From an uncultured Clostridiaceae bacterium (lineage in GTDB: Bacteria; Bacillota; Clostridia; TANB77; CAG-465): DNA of 64,000 nucleotides. The stretch covers positions 4,138-68,137 of the forward strand of contig CANCXL010000003.1 of assembly GCA_947381905.1 (NCBI GenBank). Direction: 5' to 3'. A program made the position numbers and the translations under genes. The notes beneath the pieces are model-generated. The model worked only from the letters and a program-made list of their open reading frames with translations, did no database searches and was not told the origin of the DNA. Position 1 is the first letter of the stretch. Every line of letters starts with the position of its first letter. This document shows, piece by piece, positions 1-8,862 of the stretch.

Positions 1-255
1 TACGATTTCGCTACAAAATTCTTTAATGTAGCACTTCCACGTGTAAGAGATTTTAAAGGTGTTAACCCTAACTCTTTCGATGGAAAAGGAAACTATAACA
101 TGGGAGTAAAAGAACAAATTATTTTCCCTGAAATAGAATATGATAAAATTGATAAAGTAAGAGGAATGGACATCGTATTTGTAACAACTGCAAAAACAGA
201 TGAAGAAGCTTATGAATTACTTAAATTATTAGGCTTACCATTCGCTGAAAAGTAG
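1..255 (+). CDS. rplE: 50S ribosomal protein L5, C-terminal fragment (5' end lies outside the window)
   Basis: Frame 1 is open from base 1 to TAG at 253-255. The translation (..[55 protein letters not shown]..) is L5-like. It sits directly upstream of rpsN-rpsH-rplF, as in the spc operon. Confidence 0.9.
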   Translation, partial: YDFATKFFNVALPRVRDFKGVNPNSFDGKGNYNMGVKEQIIFPEIEYDKIDKVRGMDIVFVTTAKTDEEAYELLKLLGLPFAEK

Positions 256-267
256 GGAGGACTTGAG

Positions 268-453
268 ATGGCAAAGAAATCTATGATAGCTAAACAACAA
301 AGAGAACCAAAGTTTAGCACAAGATATTATAACAGATGTAAAATATGTGGAAGACCACACTCTTACATGAGAAAATATGGAATATGCCGTTTATGCTTTA
401 GAAAATTAGCATATCAAGGAGATATACCAGGTGTTAAAAAAGCAAGCTGGTAG
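268..453 (+). CDS. rpsN: 30S ribosomal protein S14, type Z (zinc-binding, 61 aa)
   Basis: The 61-aa product has CKICGRP...CRLC cysteine pairs and the typical [12 protein letters not shown] start. GGAGG lies upstream. Confidence 0.95.
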   Translation: MAKKSMIAKQQREPKFSTRYYNRCKICGRPHSYMRKYGICRLCFRKLAYQGDIPGVKKASW

Positions 454-472
454 AAAAGGAGGAAAAAAGGCA

Positions 473-865
473 ATGAATACAACAGATCCAATTGCAGACA
501 TGTTAACTAGAATAAGAAACGCTAATGCTCAAAGACATGCAACAGTTGACGTTCCTTATTCTAAAGAAAAGGAAGCAATAGCAAATATTTTAGTTTCTGA
601 AGGTTTTGTTGAATCATTAGATATTATTGAAGATTCACACAAGACTTTAAGACTTACATTAAAATACCAAAATAATGTAAAAGTATTACAAGGTTTAAAA
701 AGAATTAGTAAACCTGGTTTAAGAATATATGCAAATGTAGAAGATTTACCAAGAGTTTTAAATGGACTAGGTATAGCTATAATCTCTACATCAAAAGGAA
801 TTATGACAGACAAAGCTGCTAGAAAAGAAAACGTTGGTGGTGAAGTTCTAGCATATATTTGGTAA
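473..865 (+). CDS. rpsH: 30S ribosomal protein S8
   Basis: The [17 protein letters not shown] start is a canonical S8 N-terminus. An AAGGAGG Shine-Dalgarno (SD) sequence sits before ATG 473. The track ORF start at 431 overlaps rpsN and is rejected. Confidence 0.95.
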   Translation: MNTTDPIADMLTRIRNANAQRHATVDVPYSKEKEAIANILVSEGFVESLDIIEDSHKTLRLTLKYQNNVKVLQGLKRISKPGLRIYANVEDLPRVLNGLGIAIISTSKGIMTDKAARKENVGGEVLAYIW

Positions 866-896
866 TTGAATTTATAATAAAAGGAGGGTATACCAA

Positions 897-1433
897 ATGT
901 CAAGAATAGGTAAAAATCCTATCACAATACCAGCTGGTGTTGAAGTTAAAATTGAAGGAAACACAGTTACAGTTAAAGGACCTAAAGGAACATTAACACA
1001 AGAATTCTTACCTTGCGTTACAATTGCTCAAGAAGGTGCTGAAATTAAAGTTACAGTAGATAACGAAAACAATGGAAATATCCATGGATTAACTAGAACT
1101 TTAATTAACAACATGGTAATTGGTGTTACTCAAGGATTTGAAAAAACACTAGAAGTAAACGGTATAGGATACAGAGCACAAAAACAAGGTAATAAATTAG
1201 TATTAACTCTAGGTTATTCTCATCCTGTTGAAGTTGAGGAAATAGAAGGAATAACTATAGATGTACCAAATCCTAATACAATAGTAGTAAAAGGAATTGA
1301 CAAACAAGTTGTTGGTCAAGTTGCTGCTAATATTAGAGAAAAGAGAGAACCAGAACCATATAAAGGTAAAGGTATTAAATATGCTGGCGAGAGAATAATC
1401 AGAAAAGAAGGAAAAGCTGGCGGTAAAAAATAA
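897..1433 (+). CDS. rplF: 50S ribosomal protein L6
   Basis: [17 protein letters not shown]... is an L6 signature, and the operon position fits. Confidence 0.95.
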   Translation: MSRIGKNPITIPAGVEVKIEGNTVTVKGPKGTLTQEFLPCVTIAQEGAEIKVTVDNENNGNIHGLTRTLINNMVIGVTQGFEKTLEVNGIGYRAQKQGNKLVLTLGYSHPVEVEEIEGITIDVPNPNTIVVKGIDKQVVGQVAANIREKREPEPYKGKGIKYAGERIIRKEGKAGGKK

Positions 1434-1461
1434 TCTTAGAAGTTAAGGAGGGAGTCTTAAA

Positions 1462-1821
1462 ATGATTAATAAGACAAATAGAAAAGAGACAAGAACTATT
1501 AGACAAAAAAGAGTTAGAACTAAAGTTCAAGGTACTTCTATGAGACCAAGACTTTGCGTTTATAAAAGTCTAACAAATATATACGCACAATTAATCGACG
1601 ATGAAAAACAAGCTACTATTTGTACTGCTTCTACTTTAGATAAAGAAGTTAAAACTAAAGCATCTAATGTTGAAGCTGCAACAGAAGTTGGAAAATTAAT
1701 CGCTGAACGTGCTAAAAAAGCAAAAATTAACACTGTTGTCTTTGATAGAAATGGTTATTTATACCATGGAAAAGTTAAAGCATTAGCAGATGCAGCAAGA
1801 GAAGCTGGATTAGAATTCTAA
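1462..1821 (+). CDS. rplR: 50S ribosomal protein L18
   Basis: Contains [18 protein letters not shown] and a [22 protein letters not shown] tail. Confidence 0.95.
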   Translation: MINKTNRKETRTIRQKRVRTKVQGTSMRPRLCVYKSLTNIYAQLIDDEKQATICTASTLDKEVKTKASNVEAATEVGKLIAERAKKAKINTVVFDRNGYLYHGKVKALADAAREAGLEF

Positions 1822-1838
1822 TGAAAGGAGAAACTATA

Positions 1839-2330
1839 ATGGCAGAAACTAAAACTGAATTAAAAGAAAAAGTTGTTAATGTAAGCAGAGTAGCTAAAGT
1901 TGTTAAAGGTGGTAGAACTTTTAGATTTAGCGTATTAGTAGTTGTTGGTGACGAAAATGGTCACATCGGTGTTGGTACAGGTAAATCAGCAGAAGTTCCA
2001 GAAGCTATTAAAAAAGCAACTGACGATGCTAAGAAAAACTTAGTTGAAGTATCTTTAGTAAATGGTACTTTACCTCATGAGTACACTACAAACTTTGGTT
2101 CATCTAAAGTTATATTAAAACCAGCAGTTGAAGGTACAGGTATCATTGCAGGTGGTGCAGTAAGACCTGTTCTAGAACTAGCAGGTGTTAAAAACGTAAC
2201 AGCTAAAACTCTTGGTTCTCGTAATAGCAGAAACGTAGTATATGCTACAGTTAAAGCATTAAAAGCTATGAGAACACCAGAAGAAGTTGCTAAACTTAGA
2301 GGAAAAACAGTAGAAGAAATACTAAAATAA
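1839..2330 (+). CDS. rpsE: 30S ribosomal protein S5
   Basis: Contains [29 protein letters not shown] 1839 follows an AAAGGAG SD sequence. The track start at 1821 overlaps the rplR stop. Confidence 0.93.
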   Translation: MAETKTELKEKVVNVSRVAKVVKGGRTFRFSVLVVVGDENGHIGVGTGKSAEVPEAIKKATDDAKKNLVEVSLVNGTLPHEYTTNFGSSKVILKPAVEGTGIIAGGAVRPVLELAGVKNVTAKTLGSRNSRNVVYATVKALKAMRTPEEVAKLRGKTVEEILK

Positions 2331-2375
2331 TGATATAATGATTACTAGTAATTTATAAGAGAGGAGGAAGCTTGA

Positions 2376-2816
2376 ATGAAGATACACGAATTAGCTCCAG
2401 CATACGGTGCTACAACTACCTCTAAAAGAGTAGGAAGAGGTATTGGAAGTGGTCTTGGAAAAACAGCTGGAAAAGGACATAAAGGTCAAAAAGCTAGAAC
2501 AGGCGGTAGCATTAGAAGAGGATTTGAAGGTGGACAAACACCTTTATATAGAAGAATACCTAAAAGAGGATTTAAAAATCATTTTGCTAAAGAATATGCC
2601 GTAGTAAATCTTAGTGATTTAGAAGTGTTCGATAATGGAACAACTGTTAATGCAGAATTATTAATGGCTGAAGGAATTATTAAGAAAGAATTAGACGGAG
2701 TAAAAGTTTTAGGTAACGGAACACTAACAAAAAAACTTACAGTTGTAGCTACTAAATTTTCAAAAACTGCTGAAGAAAAAATACAAGCTGCAGGTGGAAA
2801 GACTGAGGTGATGTAA
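2376..2816 (+). CDS. rplO: 50S ribosomal protein L15
   Basis: Contains [25 protein letters not shown]. Only 45 nt separate it from rpsE, so no rpmD is present. Confidence 0.95.
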   Translation: MKIHELAPAYGATTTSKRVGRGIGSGLGKTAGKGHKGQKARTGGSIRRGFEGGQTPLYRRIPKRGFKNHFAKEYAVVNLSDLEVFDNGTTVNAELLMAEGIIKKELDGVKVLGNGTLTKKLTVVATKFSKTAEEKIQAAGGKTEVM

Positions 2817-2817
2817 T

Positions 2818-4131
2818 ATGTTACAAAGCATAAAAAACATTTTCTCAGTAAAAGATATTAGAAAAAAATTACTTTTTACAGTTTTAATATTATTATTATT
2901 TAGAATTGGTACATTTATAACTATACCAGGTTTAAATAAAATATTAATTAATGAACAATTAGGTGCAAATTCAAATGGTCTTTCTGCAATGGTTAACCTA
3001 ATTTCAGGTGGAGCATTTAGTAGATTATCTATTTTTGCTATGACTATTGGACCATACATTACAGCATCTATCGTCTTAAACCTATTACAATTTGTAATAC
3101 CAAGTCTTGAAAGACTTGCAAAAGAAGGCGAAAATGGAAGAAAGAAGCTAAATAAGTATACTAAATATTTAACAATTGCATTTGCTATTATTGAAGGTTT
3201 AGGATTATACTTTACTTATAGAGCTTATCTTTTACCAGAATTAACATTTGGAGCTGGTAAAGTTGTAGGATTACTACTATTTATCATTTCACTTATGGCT
3301 GGTACATCTTTACTAACATGGTTAGGAGATAAAATAACAGAACATGGAATCGGTAATGGTATATCAATGATCGTTTTCTTTGGTATCGTTGCAGGATTAC
3401 CATCAACAATCAAATCTTTTGCAAATATTGGAGGTGCCGGATTTACAGGTATTTTAGTGTTTGCAGCATTAATTGTTGGATTACTTGTAATAATTGCTGG
3501 TGTTGTATTTGTTCAAAAAGCTGAACGTAGAATACCTGTAAATTATGCAAAAAGAGTTGTTGGAAGAAAAATGTATGGTGGTCAAAGTACACACATTCCA
3601 ATTAAACTAGCTATGGCTGGTGTTATGCCACTTATATTTGCAATGTCATTTATGTCATTCCCAGGTATAATTATTGGTCTTGTAACAGACGTAAATACAT
3701 TAACTGGTTTCTGGAAAGGTGTATACACACTATTTACAGCTTCAGCAAGTTCTCCATGGGGATATCTAGTAGGATATGCAGTAATTTATATGGCTTTAAT
3801 CATATTATTTACTTTTGTATATACTATGTTTATTATAAATCCAGTAGAGATTGCAAACAACTTAAAGAAAAATGGTGGATTTATTCCAGGTATTAGAGCT
3901 GGTAAAAATACATCAGATTATATTAATAATGTATTAATTAAAATAACTGCTGCAGGTTCTTTATTCTTAGCAGCAATAGCAATATTACCAATTATTCTAC
4001 AAGCATTTACAAGTCAATCAATATCATTTAGTGGTAACTCAATACTTATCTTAGTAAGTGTTGGACTTGAAATACTAAATACAGTAGAAACACAAATGGT
4101 AAGTAGAAATTATTCTGGATTCTTAGGATAA
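2818..4131 (+). CDS. secY: Preprotein translocase subunit SecY
   Basis: A 437-aa polytopic protein with secY-like motifs (FAMTIGPYITASI, GISMIVF). It sits directly after rplO. Confidence 0.95.
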   Translation: MLQSIKNIFSVKDIRKKLLFTVLILLLFRIGTFITIPGLNKILINEQLGANSNGLSAMVNLISGGAFSRLSIFAMTIGPYITASIVLNLLQFVIPSLERLAKEGENGRKKLNKYTKYLTIAFAIIEGLGLYFTYRAYLLPELTFGAGKVVGLLLFIISLMAGTSLLTWLGDKITEHGIGNGISMIVFFGIVAGLPSTIKSFANIGGAGFTGILVFAALIVGLLVIIAGVVFVQKAERRIPVNYAKRVVGRKMYGGQSTHIPIKLAMAGVMPLIFAMSFMSFPGIIIGLVTDVNTLTGFWKGVYTLFTASASSPWGYLVGYAVIYMALIILFTFVYTMFIINPVEIANNLKKNGGFIPGIRAGKNTSDYINNVLIKITAAGSLFLAAIAILPIILQAFTSQSISFSGNSILILVSVGLEILNTVETQMVSRNYSGFLG

Positions 4132-4190
4132 TTATATCTTAAAAAGGGTGGTACTTTTGTATCATTCTTTTTTTGTCTTAAAAAATCCAC

Positions 4191-4219
4191 TTGCATTTTA
4201 CATAACTTTAAGTTATAAT
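4191..4219 (+). promoter_or_regulatory. sigmaA-type promoter for the helicase gene (TTGCAT-17 nt-TATAAT)
   Basis: TTGCAT at 4191-4196, a 17-nt spacer, and TATAAT at 4214-4219. It lies about 30 nt upstream of ATG 4250. Confidence 0.55.
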
Positions 4220-4249
4220 GAAAAAGCGTTTTATATGAAGGAGGGTGTT

Positions 4250-6388
4250 ATGGAAGAGCTAGAATACGAAAAGCAAAAATTAAAAAAAGTTGAAGATGAA
4301 TTAAAAGTTGTAAAAGAAGGAGAAGAAAAGATCCTTAAGGAACTACCAAAAAAATATGGAAATAATCCAGTATTACTTTCAAATTTAATGTCATCAACAG
4401 CAACTAAAATCGCAAATATTCAAAGAATCAAAGAAAAGCCATATTTTGCGAGAATAGATTTTAAAGAAAACGGTAAATCTATAAAAGATAAACTCTATAT
4501 TGGTAAAATTGGTATTATAGATTTAGATGGTAAAATTATTGTTACGGATTGGAGAGCTCCAGTATCTACACTATATTATGATAGTAATTTAGGCAATGTA
4601 GAATACAATGCACCTGATGGTAAAATAAGGGGAAATATGTCATTAAAAAGGCAGATTATAATTGAAAAAGAAGATGTAAAAAGTATTTATGATGTAGATT
4701 CTGTATCTGATGATGAGCTTTTAAAACCATATCTTGGAGCAAGTGCAGATAGTAGACTAAAAAATATAGTCGCATCTATACAAGGCGAACAAAATAATAT
4801 AATTAGAAAAAGTATTGAGAAAAATTTAATTGTACAAGGTGTTGCAGGATCAGGAAAAACAACAGTAGCATTACATAGAATTGCATATTTAATGTATAAT
4901 AATTCAGATAAATATAAGGCAAACCAGTTTATGGTAATAGGTCCAAATAAATTCTTTATAAATTATATCTCTAATGTATTACCAGATTTAGATGCAAGTA
5001 ATGCTGTGCAATTAACATTTGAAGAACTTGCTACAGAGTATACAAAAGAAAAACTATCATTTGAGGATTCTACAAAAAAGATTGCAGATATAACTGATGG
5101 AAAGTTAAATATTATATATTCAAAGTTTAAATCTAGTATAGAATACAAAAAATTATTAGATAAATATCTAAATAATATTGAAAATCGCTTAATTTCAAAT
5201 GATGGACTAGTAATAAACAATATTAAAGTATTAGAAAAAGACTTTATTATGAAGATATATAATGAGACTATTGGTGAGTCCATTGCACAAAGACTAGAAC
5301 TAACAGCTAAAATTACTGCAAATAGGATAAAAAATGATGATGAGATATATAATAAAATAAAGACTCAAATGTTTGAAATAGAGAAAAGTCAATCAGATAT
5401 TGAAAGTAAGAGAAAAATTGCTAAAAAAGAAATTGAAATGTTAAAAGAATTAACAAATTTTGGGTTTGAAAAACAGCTTAAGAAATTTTTAGATATATCT
5501 TCTGTCAAAGCAATAAATATCTACAAAGATTTTGTGAATAATGTGGATAAGTTATATAGTAAAGATAAAATAAATATTAAAGAATTTCAAAAATATACTA
5601 TAGAATCATTAAATAAAAAGATAATTGAAAATGAAGATATAGCGCCAATAATGTATATTAAGCTAATATTATTTGGAAATGATGAGTTTAAAAATATAAA
5701 ATGTGTAGTAATAGATGAAGCACAAGACTTTGGCTTATTTAGCTTTATAGTATTAAGAAAAATACTATCTAATGCTGTTTTTTCTATATTTGGAGATATG
5801 GCACAAGGAATCTATTCGTATAGGGCAATAGATAATTGGGATGAGATAGACAACAAAGTATTTGAAGGATCTGAATACTTAAAATTAAGTAAATCATATA
5901 GAACATCTATTGAAATAATGAATGAAGCAAATAAAATATCTGAAGCTATTGGCTTTGGAAGAGCAAATCCAGTAATTAGAAATTCTGGACCAATAGTTAA
6001 GACTAAGATTAATAAAAAAGATAAGATTAAATATATTTCAAATAGGGTAAAAGAATACTTAAAACAAGGATATAAGTCTATTGCTATTATATATAAAAAT
6101 CAAGATAAGATGATAGAATTAAATAAACATTTTAAAGAACAAGGAATAGCCTCAGAAATAATATATAAGGATCAGAAAAATTATAACGGAGGAGTATGTA
6201 TATTAACTTCGTATTTATCTAAAGGTTTAGAATTTGATGTTGTAATTATTGCAGATTGTGATGAAGAAAGGTATAATCATGAAGACATACTAGATATGAA
6301 ATTGTTATATGTCTCTATGACAAGAGCTCTTCATAAATTGGAGCTTATTTATGAAAATAATATATGTAAATATTTAAAAGAAGAATAG
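4250..6388 (+). CDS. helD: HelD-type (helicase IV / UvrD-like) ATPase, probable RNA-polymerase-associated helicase
   Basis: An N-terminal coiled coil is followed by YFARIDF..LYIGKIGI..VTDWRAPVSTLYYD and Walker A GVAGSGKTTVALHRIAYL. Also present are VIDEAQDF and a C-terminal LSKGLEFDVVII..LYVSMTRA. ATG 4250 follows AGGAGGG. The track start at 4148 lies in promoter sequence. Confidence 0.75.
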   Translation: MEELEYEKQKLKKVEDELKVVKEGEEKILKELPKKYGNNPVLLSNLMSSTATKIANIQRIKEKPYFARIDFKENGKSIKDKLYIGKIGIIDLDGKIIVTDWRAPVSTLYYDSNLGNVEYNAPDGKIRGNMSLKRQIIIEKEDVKSIYDVDSVSDDELLKPYLGASADSRLKNIVASIQGEQNNIIRKSIEKNLIVQGVAGSGKTTVALHRIAYLMYNNSDKYKANQFMVIGPNKFFINYISNVLPDLDASNAVQLTFEELATEYTKEKLSFEDSTKKIADITDGKLNIIYSKFKSSIEYKKLLDKYLNNIENRLISNDGLVINNIKVLEKDFIMKIYNETIGESIAQRLELTAKITANRIKNDDEIYNKIKTQMFEIEKSQSDIESKRKIAKKEIEMLKELTNFGFEKQLKKFLDISSVKAINIYKDFVNNVDKLYSKDKINIKEFQKYTIESLNKKIIENEDIAPIMYIKLILFGNDEFKNIKCVVIDEAQDFGLFSFIVLRKILSNAVFSIFGDMAQGIYSYRAIDNWDEIDNKVFEGSEYLKLSKSYRTSIEIMNEANKISEAIGFGRANPVIRNSGPIVKTKINKKDKIKYISNRVKEYLKQGYKSIAIIYKNQDKMIELNKHFKEQGIASEIIYKDQKNYNGGVCILTSYLSKGLEFDVVIIADCDEERYNHEDILDMKLLYVSMTRALHKLELIYENNICKYLKEE

Positions 6389-6442
6389 ACAAATTTTGTA
6401 TTTTTTGATATTATATAGGTGTATAAGTCATGGGAGGTAAAT

Positions 6443-6784
6443 ATGAATAAGAAGAGACTTGCAATATTTGTACTTATACTAATTGTAATAATAGCTGTAG
6501 TTTGTACAATAATATTAAATGGAAATAAAAAAGAAGATAATAAGGGGCAAAAAGAAAATATTAAAACATATACAGAAGCAGAGTGGAAAGAATTTGCTAC
6601 TAACTATTATGAAAGTGTAGCTTCAAAAACTCCTTCAGATGTAAAAATAATTACTGATGGAGTAGATTTTGTTGTAGCAGAAATATATGAAGATGGTGTG
6701 TTAGAATATATTGAAAGATATACTATAGATTATAAAACAGGTAGTGGATATAATCTAAAAGGAGAACCAATACAACTAGAATAA
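6443..6784 (+). CDS. Small N-terminally anchored hypothetical protein
   Basis: ATG 6443 follows GGGAGG. MNKKRLAIFVLILIVIIAVV is a signal-anchor. I recognise no family. Confidence 0.5.
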   Translation: MNKKRLAIFVLILIVIIAVVCTIILNGNKKEDNKGQKENIKTYTEAEWKEFATNYYESVASKTPSDVKIITDGVDFVVAEIYEDGVLEYIERYTIDYKTGSGYNLKGEPIQLE

Positions 6785-6818
6785 AAATAGCAAGTAAAAT
6801 TAATTACTTGCTATTTTT
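6783..6818. terminator. Bidirectional intrinsic terminator between convergent genes
   Basis: A perfect 11-bp stem, ATAGCAAGTAA / TTACTTGCTAT, flanked by an A-run and a T-run. Confidence 0.7.
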
Positions 6819-7303
6819 ATATGTTTTCTTAAGTCGTTTAAAGCTGTGTTTAAATCTTTTTCGAGTATAGTACCTTTTGCTAAATCTAGAAAATATTTTT
6901 CAGTTTCTAGTATATATCTTTCTTGAAAGAAACTATCTGCATATATTGATTCTTGCAAATTATGAATTCTATCTGCAATTTTTACTATTCTTGCTATCTC
7001 ATTTTTCTTTATATTTGAAATATATTCTTTCATAATATAATTATTTTGCTTTGTTAGTAGTAAAACACTATCAGCAATATCTTTTCTAGTTAATCTTAAG
7101 ATTTCATTATAAGTTGTATTTGTATCTTCTAGCAGATCATGAAATAGTGCAACAAATAAATATTCATTATTATATCCTTTTTCTTTTAACAAATTATATA
7201 CTGCTAGTGGATGAGTATAATATGGAATACCTTGCTTTCTTTTTTGTCCTTCATGTTTTTTCTTCATAAAATCTATTGCTTCATTTAAATTCAAAAAAAT
7301 CAC
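6800..7303 (-). CDS. HD-domain protein resembling the RelA/SpoT hydrolase-only family (small alarmone hydrolase-like)
   Basis: Contains GIPYYTHPLAV...ALFHDLLEDT and IKIADRIHNL, as in (p)ppGpp hydrolase domains. At 167 aa it has no synthetase part. Confidence 0.6.
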   Translation of the reverse strand: MIFLNLNEAIDFMKKKHEGQKRKQGIPYYTHPLAVYNLLKEKGYNNEYLFVALFHDLLEDTNTTYNEILRLTRKDIADSVLLLTKQNNYIMKEYISNIKKNEIARIVKIADRIHNLQESIYADSFFQERYILETEKYFLDLAKGTILEKDLNTALNDLRKHIKIASN

Positions 7304-7342
7304 CTCTTATATATAATAAATTATATCATAATAACTTAAAAT

Positions 7343-7375
7343 ATAAAAATAAGACAGATACTTTTGTATCTGTCT
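7343..7375 (-). terminator. Intrinsic terminator of the SASP gene
   Basis: A 10-bp stem, AGACAGATAC/GTATCTGTCT, followed by a U-run on the minus strand. Confidence 0.7.
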
Positions 7376-7404
7376 TTGTTACAAATCAATTTTTTTACAT
7401 TTAA

Positions 7405-7620
7405 TTATTGGTTAGGTTGTTGAGATTGCATTTGGTTAGCAGCGTTAGCTACAAGTCTTTTAACCATTTCTCCACCTACAGAACCAGCTTGTTTAGAAGT
7501 TAAATCTCCATTATAACCTTGTTTTAAGTTAACTCCGATTTCGTTAGCTACTTCATATTTGAATTTATCTAAAGCAGCTTTAGCTTGTTTGTTAGTCATT
7601 TTGCTGTTTGAGTTTGACAT
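7405..7620 (-). CDS. Small acid-soluble spore protein, alpha/beta type
   Basis: A 71-aa protein with KYEVANEIGV and SVGGEMVKRLV, the two conserved SASP motifs. Confidence 0.9.
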   Translation of the reverse strand: MSNSNSKMTNKQAKAALDKFKYEVANEIGVNLKQGYNGDLTSKQAGSVGGEMVKRLVANAANQMQSQQPNQ

Positions 7621-7820
7621 TTGAATTCACCTCCAATTTTTTTATGTTAAAGTGTAATTAATTATTAACGCTTCTTTTGAAGTGTAAGTAATTATCAACA
7701 CTTTACACTATTAATTTGTGACAAATAAAAATTTTAATACTGGTAATTTTTGGAAAAATTAAAAAAGAACAAAAAATAATTACATCGACATTAATCGACG
7801 TATAAAAAGCTCATAATAGC

Positions 7821-7849
7821 TTGATTTTACTCATAAATAATTGTATAAT
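7821..7849 (+). promoter_or_regulatory. sigmaA-like promoter upstream of spo0A (TTGATT-17 nt-TATAAT)
   Basis: Hexamers at 7821-7826 and 7844-7849. Two ATCGAC repeats (near-0A boxes) lie at 7784-7800. Confidence 0.45.
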
Positions 7850-7875
7850 AATGGTGCTTTATAGGATAGACTGGA

Positions 7876-8673
7876 ATGGAGCAAAACATGGAAAATAATA
7901 AATTGAAAATAATGGTAGTTGATGACAATAAAGAATTCGTAAAACTTTTAAATATGTATATCAATTCACAAAAAGATATGGTTGCATTAGAACCACTTTA
8001 CGATGGAACTAATGTAATAGATGCTATAAAACAGTCTAAACCTGATGTTATGTTACTAGATGTAGTAATGCCTGAAAAAGATGGACTTTCTGTTCTTGAA
8101 GATCTAAATGATGAAGTTGGACTTGAAAAACCTATCACTATAATAATGTCTGCAATTGGTCAAGAGAAAATTACTCAAAAAGCAATATCACTTGGAGCAA
8201 CATATTATGTTGTAAAACCTTTTGATATGATAACATTAGTAGATAGAATTAGAGATCTATTAAAAGAAGAGGAAGAAGTAAAAAGTGAGTATATGGTAGC
8301 TTATGGAAATAAAAATCTTCCACTAGAAGTAAGAGTAACTCAAATGATTCATGATGTTGGAGTACCAGCACATATAAAGGGATACCAATATATTAGAGAA
8401 GCAATTATGCTTGCAGTTGAAAATGAGGATATTTTAAATTCCGTAACAAAAGCATTATATCCATCTCTATCTCAAAAATTTAACACAACACCTTCTAGAG
8501 TAGAAAGAGCAATAAGACATGCTATAGAAGTTGCTTGGAATAGAGGACAAATAGAAATGCATGAAAAGATATTTGGATACACTGTAAACTCTAATAAAGG
8601 TAAACCTACAAATTCAGAATTTATTGCAATGATAGCTGATAGAATTAGACTATCTGAAAAAGTAGCAGTATAA
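7876..8673 (+). CDS. spo0A: Stage 0 sporulation master regulator Spo0A
   Basis: A receiver domain (VVDDN..LLDVVMPEKDG) plus a Spo0A-specific C-terminal domain (HIKGYQYIREAI, TPSRVERAIRHAIEVAWNRG). The start could be ATG 7888 instead. Confidence 0.95.
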   Translation: MEQNMENNKLKIMVVDDNKEFVKLLNMYINSQKDMVALEPLYDGTNVIDAIKQSKPDVMLLDVVMPEKDGLSVLEDLNDEVGLEKPITIIMSAIGQEKITQKAISLGATYYVVKPFDMITLVDRIRDLLKEEEEVKSEYMVAYGNKNLPLEVRVTQMIHDVGVPAHIKGYQYIREAIMLAVENEDILNSVTKALYPSLSQKFNTTPSRVERAIRHAIEVAWNRGQIEMHEKIFGYTVNSNKGKPTNSEFIAMIADRIRLSEKVAV

Positions 8674-8681
8674 CATAAAAA

Positions 8682-8713
8682 AGAGATATAGTATTTATGC
8701 TATATCTCTTTTG
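8682..8713 (+). terminator. Intrinsic terminator after spo0A
   Basis: Stem AGAGATATAG / CTATATCTCT followed by TTTTG. Confidence 0.7.
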
Positions 8714-8797
8714 CTATGTAAAAAACATTAAAATGTATTATATTATTAGAACCCATTAAACAAAGTAATTTCAAGGTCTCAAAAACATTATGTTTAC

Positions 8798-8826
8798 TTG
8801 ACATTTTGCCTTAAAAATAGTAAAAT
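8798..8826 (+). promoter_or_regulatory. sigmaA-type promoter (TTGACA-17 nt-TAAAAT)
   Basis: Hexamers at 8798-8803 and 8821-8826, upstream of gdpP. Confidence 0.55.
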
Positions 8827-8862
8827 ATAGGAAAATTGTAAGAAAAGAGGAAATATATTTTT

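Noticed and set aside
556-903. A 115-aa minus-strand ORF inside rpsH. Similar antisense ORFs occur at 2760-3059, 3225-3413, 4963-5283, 9861-10145, 12913-13428, 14681-14890, 15950-16459, 19415-19597, 19871-20149, 23114-23467, 26078-26632, 27991-28455, 34426-34650, 40262-40537, 53325-53723, 54665-55165, 57375-57719, 59499-59837 and 60710-60901.
   Set aside because: Each lies entirely antisense to a well-supported + strand gene and lacks an SD sequence. Their composition is typical of the reverse frame of AT-rich genes (Ser, Phe, Ile and Leu-rich, low complexity). I treat them as non-coding.
4148-4249. N-terminal extensions proposed by the ORF track for helD (4148). The same applies to rpsH (431), rpsE (1821), tilS (12623), ftsH (13626), rpsB (15648), the 21419 ORF, the LytTR regulator (25732), pilin-like 2 (42704) and hpf (60998).
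   Set aside because: The extensions overlap upstream genes, promoters or terminators and lack SD sequences. Internal ATG, GTG or TTG codons with good SD spacing reproduce canonical N-termini.
7621-7720. An attempt to assign a sigmaG or sigmaF promoter to the SASP gene.
   Set aside because: I found only a poor -10 candidate (CACTTTA on the minus strand) and no acceptable -35 element at 17-18 nt. That is not enough support to annotate a promoter.
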